Made by a program: the position numbers and the translations under genes | Shown: piece after piece, positions 1 to 9,716 of the stretch | Position numbering within the stretch: the first letter of the stretch is position 1 | How the letters are laid out: the number at the start of each line of letters is the position of its first letter | Source: Abditibacteriaceae bacterium | GTDB lineage: Bacteria; Armatimonadota; Abditibacteriia; Abditibacteriales; Abditibacteriaceae | Direction of reading: 5' to 3' | Assembly: GCA_031372065.1 (NCBI GenBank) | Contig: JANMKN010000122.1 | Location: 1-36,242, forward strand | DNA: 36,242 nucleotides | Notes under the pieces: model-generated | What the model was told of the DNA's origin: nothing | The model's database searches: none | What the model saw: only the letters and a program-made list of their open reading frames with translations

Positions 1-1618
1 GGCGCGCACCGTGCGCTTTTTTGAAGTGTTGCGCGAGCGCTTTCCGCAAGTGGTCATTCCCTTTAAAGAAATCGTGCAAACCGCCAAAGCCTATGGCAGT
101 TTGGGCGAACGCGAGCGCGAAATTCAGGTTTTGCGCGCCACTGCCGAAGCCAGCTTCAGCCGCGAAGCCAAAGTCGCAGGTGCGCTTGAAGATGAAGGCG
201 AATTCAAGGCGTCGTATGATTATGTCGCGGCGCGGGCGCGCGAATATCCCGATGTGGCGAACGTCGAAAGCGCGCTTTATGCCCTGGCGCAAACCGTGGC
301 GCAGCGCGCCGACGAAGAGCGCAAAAGCGGCAAAAAAGAAAGCGGCAAAGAACTGGGCCAGTTAGCGGCGGGCCTTTTGCGCGACTTTTTAGCCGCACAT
401 TCGGAAAACCCGGCGGGCGATGAAGCCGCTTTTGCTTACGCGGTTAATTTAGTCGAGCAGGAAAAATTCGACGAAGCCGCCGCGTGGAGCCTGCGCAGCC
501 TAACGCGCTACGAAAACAGCGCCTACGAAGACGATTTGGTTTACATTGCCACCTACGCGAATTATCTGGGCGAACATTTCGATGAGGCCTTAAAACTCGC
601 GCAAGATTTGGTTTCCAAAGATTATGCGCGCAAGGACGGCAGCAAAGGCAAAAGCGATTACCGCAACTTCGCGCTTTATATCGCGGCGCAAATTTTCCAC
701 GCGCGCGGCCAAGCCGGAAAAGCTGTCGAGTTTTATCGTGAAGTCGGCGCGCAGTTTCCCGACGCGCGCGAATCGGCGGCCTATTTTGGAGCCAAAGAAT
801 TAAAAATCCCCGAAGTCGTCGCCATCGCGCCGGGCGAGGCCGCCAAGCTGAAAATCGCGGCGCGCAACCTCAAAGAAGCGCAAATTTCGGTTTACAAAGT
901 GGACTTGCTCAAGTTCTATCAAAACCGCAAAAACCTGATGGATTTGGGCACCATGAATCTGGCCGGCATCAAGCCGATTTGGGAAAGTTCGGTGGATTTG
1001 GGAGCCGAAGAATTCGTGGACAAAACCAAAACCATCGAATTGCCACTCAAAGAAAAAGGCGCTTATTTCGTGACTGTAAAAGCCGATGACGGCGAAGCAC
1101 GTTTCACGGCATCGGGCGTGATTGTGCGCTCGGAAATAGAACTCGAAGTGCAGGAAGATACGGCCAGCGGACGCGTGCGCGTTAACGTGGCAAAGCACAC
1201 GCAGGGCGATAAAAACGGCCCGCCGCTTTCCAAAGTCGAAGTGTGGGTCGCGGGCAGTGCCAACGATAGTTTTCGCAAAAGCCAAACCGATTTGCGCGGC
1301 GTGATGATGGCCGACGATGTGCGCGGCAAGCCAACGATTATCGCTTACAAAGACGGAGATTATGCCTTTTACCGCAGCGAGAAAATCTTGCAGCCGCAAT
1401 ATGTCACGTTGCCCTCAGCGCCCGCTGCAAACCAAGTCGCCAAGCCTGCCGCCAAGTCGTTCAAAGATCAGGCGCGCGATGCTTACATTGACAACAACGA
1501 AAAAGCGCAGCAAGCGCAACTCGGCAATTACCGCGCGCTGCAAGGCAAGAACGCCAACAACGAAATCCAAAATGCGCCCGCCGATGCGATGGGCGTCGCA
1601 GCAGGCAAGGCGTTTTAG
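1..1618 (+). CDS. 5'-truncated large TPR-repeat protein with C-terminal alpha-2-macroglobulin MG-like beta domains
   Basis: The frame is open from the window edge. TPR-like helices (DEAAFAYA, ALYIAAQIFHARGQAGKAVEFY) are followed by a beta-rich segment (GAYFVTVKA...SEIELEV...RVRVNV...QTDLRGV) resembling bacterial A2M MG domains. Confidence 0.6.
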   Translation, partial: ARTVRFFEVLRERFPQVVIPFKEIVQTAKAYGSLGEREREIQVLRATAEASFSREAKVAGALEDEGEFKASYDYVAARAREYPDVANVESALYALAQTVAQRADEERKSGKKESGKELGQLAAGLLRDFLAAHSENPAGDEAAFAYAVNLVEQEKFDEAAAWSLRSLTRYENSAYEDDLVYIATYANYLGEHFDEALKLAQDLVSKDYARKDGSKGKSDYRNFALYIAAQIFHARGQAGKAVEFYREVGAQFPDARESAAYFGAKELKIPEVVAIAPGEAAKLKIAARNLKEAQISVYKVDLLKFYQNRKNLMDLGTMNLAGIKPIWESSVDLGAEEFVDKTKTIELPLKEKGAYFVTVKADDGEARFTASGVIVRSEIELEVQEDTASGRVRVNVAKHTQGDKNGPPLSKVEVWVAGSANDSFRKSQTDLRGVMMADDVRGKPTIIAYKDGDYAFYRSEKILQPQYVTLPSAPAANQVAKPAAKSFKDQARDAYIDNNEKAQQAQLGNYRALQGKNANNEIQNAPADAMGVAAGKAF

Positions 1619-1631
1619 AGTTTTTAATGGT

Positions 1632-1670
1632 CGCAAAAAGGCGCAAAAGTGGTTCCTGCGCCTTTTTGCG
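1632..1670. repeat. REP-like inverted repeat / possible terminator
   Basis: Perfect 14-bp arms CGCAAAAAGGCGCA / TGCGCCTTTTTGCG, just after the stop codon. Confidence 0.6.
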
Positions 1671-1759
1671 GCTATGACACTTTTTCGCTTTGCGTCTTAG
1701 CAGTTTGGCGTGAGATTTTCTAAAATAAAAAGTCGTTTCGCAAAGGAGTTTTTCATTTC

Positions 1760-1975
1760 ATGTCACTTCGCATTCAAAAAAGTTGGGCGCAATTGGGGCA
1801 CCCGAAAGAACCGGGCACGCATTCGGTGCGCGGCATCGGCAAAATTGTCAATCTCACGCAGGAACACATCGAAGCTGCCGCGCAGCATGAGGGCAACGCG
1901 ATGGTGGTTTTGGGCCACCACGAGACCACCAGCATGGTGCCACACTGGGAAATTATCGAAGTGCGTGCCGTGTAG
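1760..1975 (+). CDS. small hypothetical protein (71 aa)
   Basis: AAAGGAG upstream of ATG, protein-like composition, followed by a terminator. Confidence 0.65.
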   Translation: MSLRIQKSWAQLGHPKEPGTHSVRGIGKIVNLTQEHIEAAAQHEGNAMVVLGHHETTSMVPHWEIIEVRAV

Positions 1976-1987
1976 AAATCGAAACAT

Positions 1988-2024
1988 AAACAGGCTGGTC
2001 ATCTTTTCGATGACCAGCCTGTTT
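1988..2024. terminator. bidirectional intrinsic terminator
   Basis: AAACAGGCTGGTCATC-ttttc-GATGACCAGCCTGTTT between convergent genes. Confidence 0.8.
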
Positions 2025-2028
2025 TGCT

Positions 2029-2409
2029 TTAGGGTTTGCGGTCGGCCTGACAAATGGTAAATCGTTTCGTAAATGCCTTCATGCGAACATAATTGCGCTC
2101 GTCTTCGCGCGCGTAAACGCCAACTGTGCCTTGCGGCTTGCGCACTGTCCAGCCGTGCTGCGTCATGTAATTATCAATTGGTTTCGATTGGTGGTCGCGG
2201 CGCACAAGCCAGCGTTGACCGCTCGAACCGACTTCGCCCATCGGCGCGCCGGAAATATCTAAACGCGCCGCCGCGCAGAGAATGAAAAACGTATCGTTTT
2301 CTTGAAGCAGCGCCGACCCGAAAGACAATATGTAAAGCGCAGGCACAATCAAAGCCAGCATCAGCCAATCGCCGATGGAGCCAAAGCGTCGTTTTCGTTT
2401 GTCTTTCAT
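2029..2409 (-). CDS. hypothetical protein with N-terminal transmembrane segment
   Basis: 126-aa ORF with a basic N-terminus then hydrophobic WLMLALIVPALYILSF; ends at the shared terminator. Confidence 0.55.
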   Translation of the reverse strand: MKDKRKRRFGSIGDWLMLALIVPALYILSFGSALLQENDTFFILCAAARLDISGAPMGEVGSSGQRWLVRRDHQSKPIDNYMTQHGWTVRKPQGTVGVYAREDERNYVRMKAFTKRFTICQADRKP

Positions 2410-2422
2410 TTTGAAACATTTG

Positions 2423-2568
2423 AATAGAACACGGAGGCTTCGCCTATCCGCCCAGAGGGCACCCGAAACGACACGGATTTTCGCGGTTACTTCGTAAATA
2501 GAAAAACCTAAAAAATCCGTATTTATCCGTGTTTATCCGTGCTGTTTCCGTGAAATCCGTGTTCTATT
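2423..2568. repeat. REP/MITE-like element with 13-bp terminal inverted repeats and internal TCCGTG-type iterations
   Basis: AATAGAACACGGA (2423-2435) / TCCGTGTTCTATT (2556-2568); several ACACGG and (A/T)TCCGT(G) copies inside. Confidence 0.65.
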
Positions 2569-4539
2569 TCACTTCCACTCTTCGTTAAAAAAGCCTGCGT
2601 CCACAACTTTTCCGGGCCAGCGTGGGCCGGGCGCTTCGTTCAAATCAATGACGCCCCAATCGGGCAGTTTGGGCGTTTGCAGCGCGTTATTGCCGTAGCC
2701 ATCGGCGCGAAAATCGAGGCCACTGTTGATAACAACATAACGTTGTGGATTAAGCGGATTCGGGAAAATCAAAATGGGCGCATGATGCGATGAATCGTAA
2801 GTTTTGCCGCGAAAAACGAGACTTTTAGCATCCCATTTTATAGGTAAGCGCCGGATAATATCTGCCAAAACCTCATTCGATGATGGGTCGCCCCACAAAA
2901 TGAGGTTCTTATTTTTCATATCGGTGACGCCAATTGCCAGATCATCTTTTACTTCTACATCGCCACGAAATACATCGCGCCATAATTTGGCGGAATAATC
3001 CATTTCGCTGTTCACCCAAGCGCCAATTTTTTCATTGAGCGGTTTGCCCGTTGGTCGCACGAAAAGGAAAGGTTCTACAATCGCGTCGTCAATGGGGCCG
3101 GTCAAACCGGGACGTTTGCGCGGCACCACGCCATTATCGGAAGTCCTCCATTTGCCGCGCACTTTGGCAAAAAGAAGCCTGCTTGGGTAACGACGACTGA
3201 TCGTGTTTGGGCCATAAAAGCGAATACTCTGACCATCCAATACAACCGTGGCCGGCTGCACGCCATTAAAAGAAAGCATCGTTACGTTTTTGGTGTCGGC
3301 GCTGATGGTTTTGTCGTCGGTGAAGCGTGCTTTTACATCGGCGCGCTGCCAATGCGTTTCCATGCCTTCGATGCGCACCCACGAGGCTTCGGGATAGCGC
3401 AGCGTGTAAGTGGTCAAATGCACTTCGCGCGGCGTGGTGTCGCGGCCTTTATCTAATAATTCTTCGAGCCGCGTTGTCAGCGCTTTTTTGGTTTCAGGTT
3501 CGTAGGAATGACCGGTTTTTGGGCCGATGAAGCGCTCTAATTTCAAGCCTTCGGCTGCCATTGCGGTTTCCATGATGTCGGCGGCTTGTTTTTGGCCGTC
3601 AATTTCGCCGCTGTAGGCTACTGTCGGCACATTGAACAGGTTCGCCGCCGAATTGATGGCATCATATTGCGCCCACAATTTTTGTTCCCACAGCGGGCGC
3701 GGCTCTTTGCCGGGCGCAAGGGCTTTGGTAAATTCCGGCGTTTCGGAAAAACCGGCGCCGGGCGAAGCGGCGCACCACAAACCCGAATAATGCACCGCCA
3801 AATGCCACGCGCTACCGCCACCCATCGAAAAACCGGCGACTAAAATGCGTTGTGGGTCAATTTTATAATCGCTTTTTGCAGCGTTGAGCGCTTCAAAAAC
3901 ATCACTTTCGCCCGCGAATTTGGTGGCGTTGCAAAAGCGCCCATAAGGAATGAGAATCAGCGTGTTGGCGGGCGTAATATCCGGCGCACGGCCTTCGCGC
4001 TCGGCTAAAAACGCCAGTTCGGTGCGCTTTTCGCCGCGCCCCAAAAGCCAAACCATCGCGCGATTATTGGCCGCGTTCGCGCCTTCGGGCACCACAAGGC
4101 CATAAGGCTGAATCGAGCCATCAATTTTCGAGCGATAGCCGCGCACGACAAGGCCGCTGGCTTGCAGCCACGGCATTTTTCCGGCGCGCATTTGGTCAAC
4201 GCGTTCGCGGCCTTCTTCGATTAAATGCTTGCCGAACGCCACTTCTTTGGGCGAGAAAAATTCATCGTAACGCAAGGCCCAATCTACCGCTTTGTGGAAA
4301 ATTTCCACGTCCGGCAAATGCGCCGTCATTTTCGCATCGTTAGCAATAACGGGTTTGAGCGCCGCAATCTCTTGGCGCAGCGTGGCCGCGCCTTTTGTGA
4401 GTTCATCGCGTTCGGCATCGCTTAATGTGATGCCGGGCGGCGGAATGGGTTTGGGCGGCGCTTGGGCGAATGCAGGCGCAAGGGCACACAAAACAGTGGC
4501 AAGAGCGGCAGGGCGAAAGGGCGAATGAAAAGTAATCAT
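2569..4539 (-). CDS. secreted alpha/beta-hydrolase (prolyl oligopeptidase/esterase-like)
   Basis: Signal peptide ending AFA-Q; nucleophile elbow GFSMGG; GEID (Asp) and KTGHSY (His) candidates; AAAGGAG upstream on the minus strand. Confidence 0.8.
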   Translation of the reverse strand: MITFHSPFRPAALATVLCALAPAFAQAPPKPIPPPGITLSDAERDELTKGAATLRQEIAALKPVIANDAKMTAHLPDVEIFHKAVDWALRYDEFFSPKEVAFGKHLIEEGRERVDQMRAGKMPWLQASGLVVRGYRSKIDGSIQPYGLVVPEGANAANNRAMVWLLGRGEKRTELAFLAEREGRAPDITPANTLILIPYGRFCNATKFAGESDVFEALNAAKSDYKIDPQRILVAGFSMGGGSAWHLAVHYSGLWCAASPGAGFSETPEFTKALAPGKEPRPLWEQKLWAQYDAINSAANLFNVPTVAYSGEIDGQKQAADIMETAMAAEGLKLERFIGPKTGHSYEPETKKALTTRLEELLDKGRDTTPREVHLTTYTLRYPEASWVRIEGMETHWQRADVKARFTDDKTISADTKNVTMLSFNGVQPATVVLDGQSIRFYGPNTISRRYPSRLLFAKVRGKWRTSDNGVVPRKRPGLTGPIDDAIVEPFLFVRPTGKPLNEKIGAWVNSEMDYSAKLWRDVFRGDVEVKDDLAIGVTDMKNKNLILWGDPSSNEVLADIIRRLPIKWDAKSLVFRGKTYDSSHHAPILIFPNPLNPQRYVVINSGLDFRADGYGNNALQTPKLPDWGVIDLNEAPGPRWPGKVVDAGFFNEEWK

Positions 4540-4829
4540 AAAAATCGGGGACTCCTTTTATTATGAGGCGAAATCCGGCTTAATGGTAGCGGCGTTTCAC
4601 TTGACAGGAATCTCGACAAAAATAGGGCTACGCGATACTTGGTTCGGCAACAATGCTTATTCTTGGGGTTAGAGTCCTGAAAAATTTACAATAAAAATTT
4701 GAGTATTAACATGGCGTTAAGACGCCTCGCTTTGTAGAATTGAAACGTCCCCGGCACACCAAAAATCAAAAATTCGTGAGGGACTGCACGGCTGACAAAG
4801 AGCGGCTGTCGGAGAAGTGGAGGCGCCTG

Positions 4830-6518
4830 ATGTTTCGATCAATTGCCCAGGATTCCGGCCCACAAAGCCATTTAAGTCAACGTGCTGCGGCTTCTGTAAA
4901 TTGCACCGCAATGCACAATTCTGAGTTTCAAGAGTTCTCTGACGAACTCATGCTTCATGCCGAAGATCGTCCGCAAGAAGAATGCGGTGTCTTCGGCATT
5001 TACGCGCCGGGCGTAGATGTGGCCCGTCGCACTTTTTTTGGCATCTTCGCCTTGCAGCATCGCGGGCAAGAATCGGCGGGCATCGCGGTCAGCGACGGCG
5101 CGGCGCTCAAAGTTCACACCGCTATGGGCCTTGTTTCGCAGGTGTTCAGTCAGGACACGCTCGAAACGCTGAAAGGCGATATTGGCGTCGGGCACACGCG
5201 CTATTCGACGACGGGTTCGTCGCTGGCGTGCAACGCCCAGCCGATTCTTATCAATTCGCCCGATGGCGAAATGGCTCTGGCGCACAACGGCAATTTAGTC
5301 AACGCCTCGGTTTTGCGCGAAGAATTGGAAGCGCAAGGTGTGCGATTTTCGACTTCAATGGACACCGAAGTCATGGGTCGCCTCATCGAAAATTCTCACG
5401 ATTGCACGCTTGAAGAGGCGCTGATTCACATGATGCGCCGCGTGCAAGGCGCTTATTCCTTGACCATGATGACGCGCGACACTCTAATTGCCTTGCGCGA
5501 CCCCAATGGCGTGCGCCCGCTTTGTTTGGGGCAACTGAGCGAAGAAGAAGGCGGCGGCTACGTCGTCGCCAGCGAAACCTGCGCGCTGAACGTGGCCGGC
5601 GCGAAATTCGTGCGCGAAATTGAGCCGGGCGAGATTCTTTTCATCAACCAAGATGGCTTGGAATCCATTCGCTTCACCGAAGCCGGAACCGACCGCGAAG
5701 AGCGCACCGCGCTGTGCATTTTCGAGTTTATTTACTTGGCGCGCCCCGATTCGCAGTTGATGAACAAAAATGTGCATCACGCGCGCCGCAGAATGGGCGA
5801 ATTATTGGCGCAGCAAGCGCCGTGCGAGGCCGATGTTGTGATCGGTGTGCCCGATTCGGGCCTGCCCGCCGCCATCGGCTACGCCACGGGCAGCGGCATT
5901 CCCTATCAGGAAGGCTTAATCAAAAACCGCTACATCGCGCGCACGTTTATTCAGCCCGACCAAACGCAGCGCGAACTGGGCGTGCGCATGAAATTGACGC
6001 CTCTGGACGATGTTTTAGAAGGCAAGCGCGTGGTGGTTGTCGAAGATTCCATCGTGCGCGGCACGACGACTAAGCGCATTGTGCAAATGATCCGCGATGC
6101 GGGCGCCAAGGAAGTGCATTTGCGCATTTCCAGCCCGCCTTACAAATGGCCATGCTTTTATGGAATTGACACGGCGGCGCGCAAAGATTTGATCGCTTAT
6201 CAGCGCAGCGTCGAAGAAATCCGCCAATACAATGGCGCCGACTCGCTGGCGTATATTTCGATGGACAATCTCATCGAAGCCGTCGGACAACCCAAAGAAG
6301 TTTTCTGCCGCGCGTGTTTCGATGGCGAATACCCGATTTCCATTCCGCACGATATTAAATTCACCAAATTAGTGCTGGGAGAAGACGGACAAAATCACAT
6401 CGTCAACGGCATCAATGGCACGAATGGTTACGCAAAACCGCAAGCCACTTCGGGCGACCCCGGCCCGGAAAGCGAAAGTGATTTGGGTGTTTTAGTCGGC
6501 GAAGCGCCCAGCGCTTAA
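4830..6518 (+). CDS. purF: amidophosphoribosyltransferase ([4Fe-4S], propeptide type)
   Basis: EECGVFG, QHRGQESAG, GHTRYST, HNG and PRPP motif VVVEDSIVRGTT; Fe-S cysteines in CIFE, PCFYG and CRAC. Start set at ATG 4830 because GGAGG lies at 4819-4823; ATG 4911 is an alternative. Confidence 0.95.
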   Translation: MFRSIAQDSGPQSHLSQRAAASVNCTAMHNSEFQEFSDELMLHAEDRPQEECGVFGIYAPGVDVARRTFFGIFALQHRGQESAGIAVSDGAALKVHTAMGLVSQVFSQDTLETLKGDIGVGHTRYSTTGSSLACNAQPILINSPDGEMALAHNGNLVNASVLREELEAQGVRFSTSMDTEVMGRLIENSHDCTLEEALIHMMRRVQGAYSLTMMTRDTLIALRDPNGVRPLCLGQLSEEEGGGYVVASETCALNVAGAKFVREIEPGEILFINQDGLESIRFTEAGTDREERTALCIFEFIYLARPDSQLMNKNVHHARRRMGELLAQQAPCEADVVIGVPDSGLPAAIGYATGSGIPYQEGLIKNRYIARTFIQPDQTQRELGVRMKLTPLDDVLEGKRVVVVEDSIVRGTTTKRIVQMIRDAGAKEVHLRISSPPYKWPCFYGIDTAARKDLIAYQRSVEEIRQYNGADSLAYISMDNLIEAVGQPKEVFCRACFDGEYPISIPHDIKFTKLVLGEDGQNHIVNGINGTNGYAKPQATSGDPGPESESDLGVLVGEAPSA

Positions 6519-6539
6519 TTTCTCTTTTAATTTTCCTTC

Positions 6540-7253
6540 ATGCCGCAAAAATCCACCGTCGAAGAAATTCGCGCCCGCTTCGATGCCGATGTCGAGCGCT
6601 TTTCCAATCTCGAAACCGGCCAATCGGCCACGATAGATTCGCCGCTTTGCCTCGAACTTATCGCGCAAGCGGCGGCTGCCGTCACGCCACACGCCAAATC
6701 GGTGCTGGATGTTGGCTGCGGCGCGGGAAATTACACGCTCAAATTGCTGAAAGAACGACCCGATTGCGATTGCACCTTAATTGATTTGAGCCTTCCGATG
6801 CTCGAACGCGCCAAACAGCGCGTCGGCGCCGCGACAAGTGGCAACGTAGAAATCCTGCAAGGCGACATTCGTGAAATCGAGTTGGGCGAGGCGCGTTTCG
6901 ATGTTATCGTGGCCGCCTCGGTTTTGCATCATTTGCGCAGCGAAGCCCAGTGGCGCGCCGTTTTTGCGAAATTCCATCGCGCTTTGCGACCGGGCGGTAG
7001 TTTGTGGATTTTCGATTTAATCGAGCATTCGCTAACGCCTGTGCAAAACTTGATGTGGGCGCGTTATGGCGAGTATTTGACGGCCCAAGGCGGCGCGGCT
7101 TATCGTGACAAAGTTTACGATTACGTCGCCAAAGAAGACACGCCCGCGAGCTTGCTTCAACAATTAAATTGGCTGGACGAAGCCGGATTTTCGCAACTCG
7201 ATGTCCTACATAAAAATAGCTGTTTTGCGGCGTTTGGGGCCGTGAAAAATTAA
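6540..7253 (+). CDS. class I SAM-dependent methyltransferase (CmoA-like)
   Basis: VLDVGCGAG motif I, LIDLS motif II, FDVIVAASVLHH, LRPGG. Confidence 0.85.
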   Translation: MPQKSTVEEIRARFDADVERFSNLETGQSATIDSPLCLELIAQAAAAVTPHAKSVLDVGCGAGNYTLKLLKERPDCDCTLIDLSLPMLERAKQRVGAATSGNVEILQGDIREIELGEARFDVIVAASVLHHLRSEAQWRAVFAKFHRALRPGGSLWIFDLIEHSLTPVQNLMWARYGEYLTAQGGAAYRDKVYDYVAKEDTPASLLQQLNWLDEAGFSQLDVLHKNSCFAAFGAVKN

Positions 7254-7256
7254 AAA

Positions 7257-8291
7257 ATGAGCGAAATACCTCTCACTTACGCCTCGGCGGGCGTCAATAT
7301 CGAAGCGGGCAACGAAGTAGTGCAGCGCATTAAAAGCCATGTGGCGCGCACCCGAATTCCCGGCGTTTTGGGTGGCATCGGCGGTTTTGGCGGCCTGTTT
7401 CAGCCCGATTTGCAGGGTTATAGCGAGCCGGTTTTCGTGTCGGGCACCGATGGCGTCGGCACCAAATTAAAACTCGCCTTCCAATTGAATAAACACGATA
7501 CCGTGGGCATTGACCTTGTGGCAATGTGCGTCAATGATGTTTTATGTGGCGGCGCTAAACCCTTGTTTTTTCTCGATTATTTTGCAACCGGCAAATTAGA
7601 GCCGCAAGTGGCCGAAGCCGTGGTTCAAGGCATCTCCGATGGCTGCGTGCAGGCGGGATGCGCTTTAATCGGTGGCGAAACAGCCGAATTGCCCGGCTTT
7701 TACGAAGCGGGCGAATACGATTTGGCCGGTTTTTGCGTCGGTTTGGTGGACAAACCGAAAATTATTGACGGCACAACCATCGCGCCCGGCGATGTGATTC
7801 TCGGCTTGCCTTCCAGCGGCCTGCATTCCAACGGTTTTTCCCTCGCGCGCAAAGTTTTGGAGCCGCTGGGCTACGAAACGATTGATTCATCCTTAAATTG
7901 TGCCCTTGGCGAGGCGATGCTCGAACCGACGCGCATTTATGTAAAACCCGTTTTATCGTTATTGGAATCGGTGCTGGTTAAAGGCATGGTTCACATCACG
8001 GGCGGCGGTTTTTACGAAAACATTCCGCGCGTCATGCCGCAAAACACACGCGCCGTTATTCATAGAAAATCATGGCCGGTTTTGCCCTTGTTTCAAATGA
8101 TGCAAGAAGAAGCCAATATCGCCGAGCGCGAAATGTTTACCACCTTCAATATGGGCATCGGTTTCATCTTAATTGTCGCCGCGCACGCGGTTCAAAACGC
8201 CAAAGCGCATTTAGAAGCACAAGGCGAAACCGTTTATCAACTGGGCACAATTGAAGCGAACAGCGGCGAAGCGCACGTTGAATTGATGTGA
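7257..8291 (+). CDS. purM: phosphoribosylformylglycinamidine cyclo-ligase (AIR synthetase)
   Basis: TYASAGV, GGFGG, GTDGVGTK, GGETAELPG, SSGLHSNG, HITGGG, FNMGIG. Confidence 0.97.
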   Translation: MSEIPLTYASAGVNIEAGNEVVQRIKSHVARTRIPGVLGGIGGFGGLFQPDLQGYSEPVFVSGTDGVGTKLKLAFQLNKHDTVGIDLVAMCVNDVLCGGAKPLFFLDYFATGKLEPQVAEAVVQGISDGCVQAGCALIGGETAELPGFYEAGEYDLAGFCVGLVDKPKIIDGTTIAPGDVILGLPSSGLHSNGFSLARKVLEPLGYETIDSSLNCALGEAMLEPTRIYVKPVLSLLESVLVKGMVHITGGGFYENIPRVMPQNTRAVIHRKSWPVLPLFQMMQEEANIAEREMFTTFNMGIGFILIVAAHAVQNAKAHLEAQGETVYQLGTIEANSGEAHVELM

Positions 8292-8340
8292 TTCTTCTGC
8301 CGAAAATTATTTAACAATTCAAAGCATTCAGGAGATTCTC

Positions 8341-9696
8341 TTGGCACAAAGCTATTCATTTCCCAAAAAATTCGCGTGGGGCGTGGCAACGGCGTCAGCG
8401 CAAATCGAAGGCGCCGCCTTTGAAGACGGCAAGGGCGAAAGCATCTGGGATCGCTTTCCCCAAATGCCCGGCAAAGTTTTCAACGGCGACGCGCCCGAAG
8501 GCGCCTGCGACCATTATCATCGCTACCGCGAAGATATCGCCCTGATGAAAGAATTGGGCTACGCCAATTATCGTTTTTCCATCGCGTGGCCGCGCATTTA
8601 TCCGACAGGCCGCGATACCATCAACGAAAAAGGTCTGGACTTTTATGACCGCTTGATAGATGCGCTATTAGAAGCGGGCATTACGCCGTGGGCGACGATG
8701 TTTCACTGGGATTTGCCGCAGGCTTTGGAAAACGAAGGCGGCTGGCGCGTGCGCTCCACGCCGGATGCATTTGCCGCTTACACGCAAACCATCGTGCGCC
8801 GTTTTGGTGATCGCGTGAAAAACTGGATGACACTCAATGAAGTGCCATGTTTCATCGGTTTAGGCTACGAAAATGGCATCCACGCGCCGGGGGCACAAGA
8901 ATCAAAAAGCGTCGTCAATCAAGCGTATCATCACGCGCTTTTAGCGCACGGTCATGGCGTCCAAGCGGTGCGCGAATGGGGCGGCAAAGGCGCGCAAGTC
9001 GGCTTTGTGCATAACCCGGCCACGTTTATTCCGGTTTGCGAAAGCGAGGGCGATTTGGAAGTCGCCAAAACCGCTTATCTGCGTGCTACGGAGCAACTCA
9101 TGGGGCCGCTGTTTTTGGGTGGCTACACCAAAGACTGGCTCAAATTGGCAGGCGCGGATCGCCCGCAAATTATCAAGGGCGATGCCGATTTTATTGGGCA
9201 GCCAATTGACTTTTTAGGGCTTAATATCTACGCCGGTTCCTTTGTGCGCGCCACGAAAAATCGCGGCAAAATCGCACCCGAAGTTTTGTCGTGGAACAAT
9301 GGTTATCCAAAAGCCGATTTGGATTGGCTTAAAGTCACGCCGCAAGCGCTTTATTGGGCCGTGCGCCACGCCTACGAAGTCTATGGCGTGCAAAATACCT
9401 ACATCACTGAAAGCGGCTCGGCATGGGCCGACGAAGTAAATGCGGGTGGCGAAGTTCTCGATTTGGGCCGCCGCGAATGGCATCGCAATTACTTAATCGG
9501 CTTACATCGCGCGATTCAGGAAGGCTACAAAGTAAAGGGCTATTTCGCGTGGTCATTCATGGACAATTATGAATGGGCCGAAGGCTACGCCAAGCGTTTT
9601 GGCCTTGTCCACGTTGATTACGCCACGCAAAAACGCACGCCGAAACTGTCAGCGCAATGGTATGCGCAAGTGATTGCCGAAAACCGCTTAGTGTAA
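8341..9696 (+). CDS. GH1 beta-glucosidase
   Basis: FAWGVATASAQIEG, YRFSIAWPRI, HWDLP, TLNEV (acid/base), YITESG (nucleophile), DNYEWAEGY; TTG start with AGGAG. Confidence 0.92.
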   Translation: MAQSYSFPKKFAWGVATASAQIEGAAFEDGKGESIWDRFPQMPGKVFNGDAPEGACDHYHRYREDIALMKELGYANYRFSIAWPRIYPTGRDTINEKGLDFYDRLIDALLEAGITPWATMFHWDLPQALENEGGWRVRSTPDAFAAYTQTIVRRFGDRVKNWMTLNEVPCFIGLGYENGIHAPGAQESKSVVNQAYHHALLAHGHGVQAVREWGGKGAQVGFVHNPATFIPVCESEGDLEVAKTAYLRATEQLMGPLFLGGYTKDWLKLAGADRPQIIKGDADFIGQPIDFLGLNIYAGSFVRATKNRGKIAPEVLSWNNGYPKADLDWLKVTPQALYWAVRHAYEVYGVQNTYITESGSAWADEVNAGGEVLDLGRREWHRNYLIGLHRAIQEGYKVKGYFAWSFMDNYEWAEGYAKRFGLVHVDYATQKRTPKLSAQWYAQVIAENRLV

Positions 9697-9716
9697 GAAA
9701 TACACAAGGCGAACCG

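Noticed and set aside
4740..4829. TTG start for purF given in the ORF track
   Set aside because: No RBS; GGAGG supports ATG 4830.
8830..9420. GH1 motif variants NEV and TESG as inactivation
   Set aside because: Both catalytic glutamates are retained.
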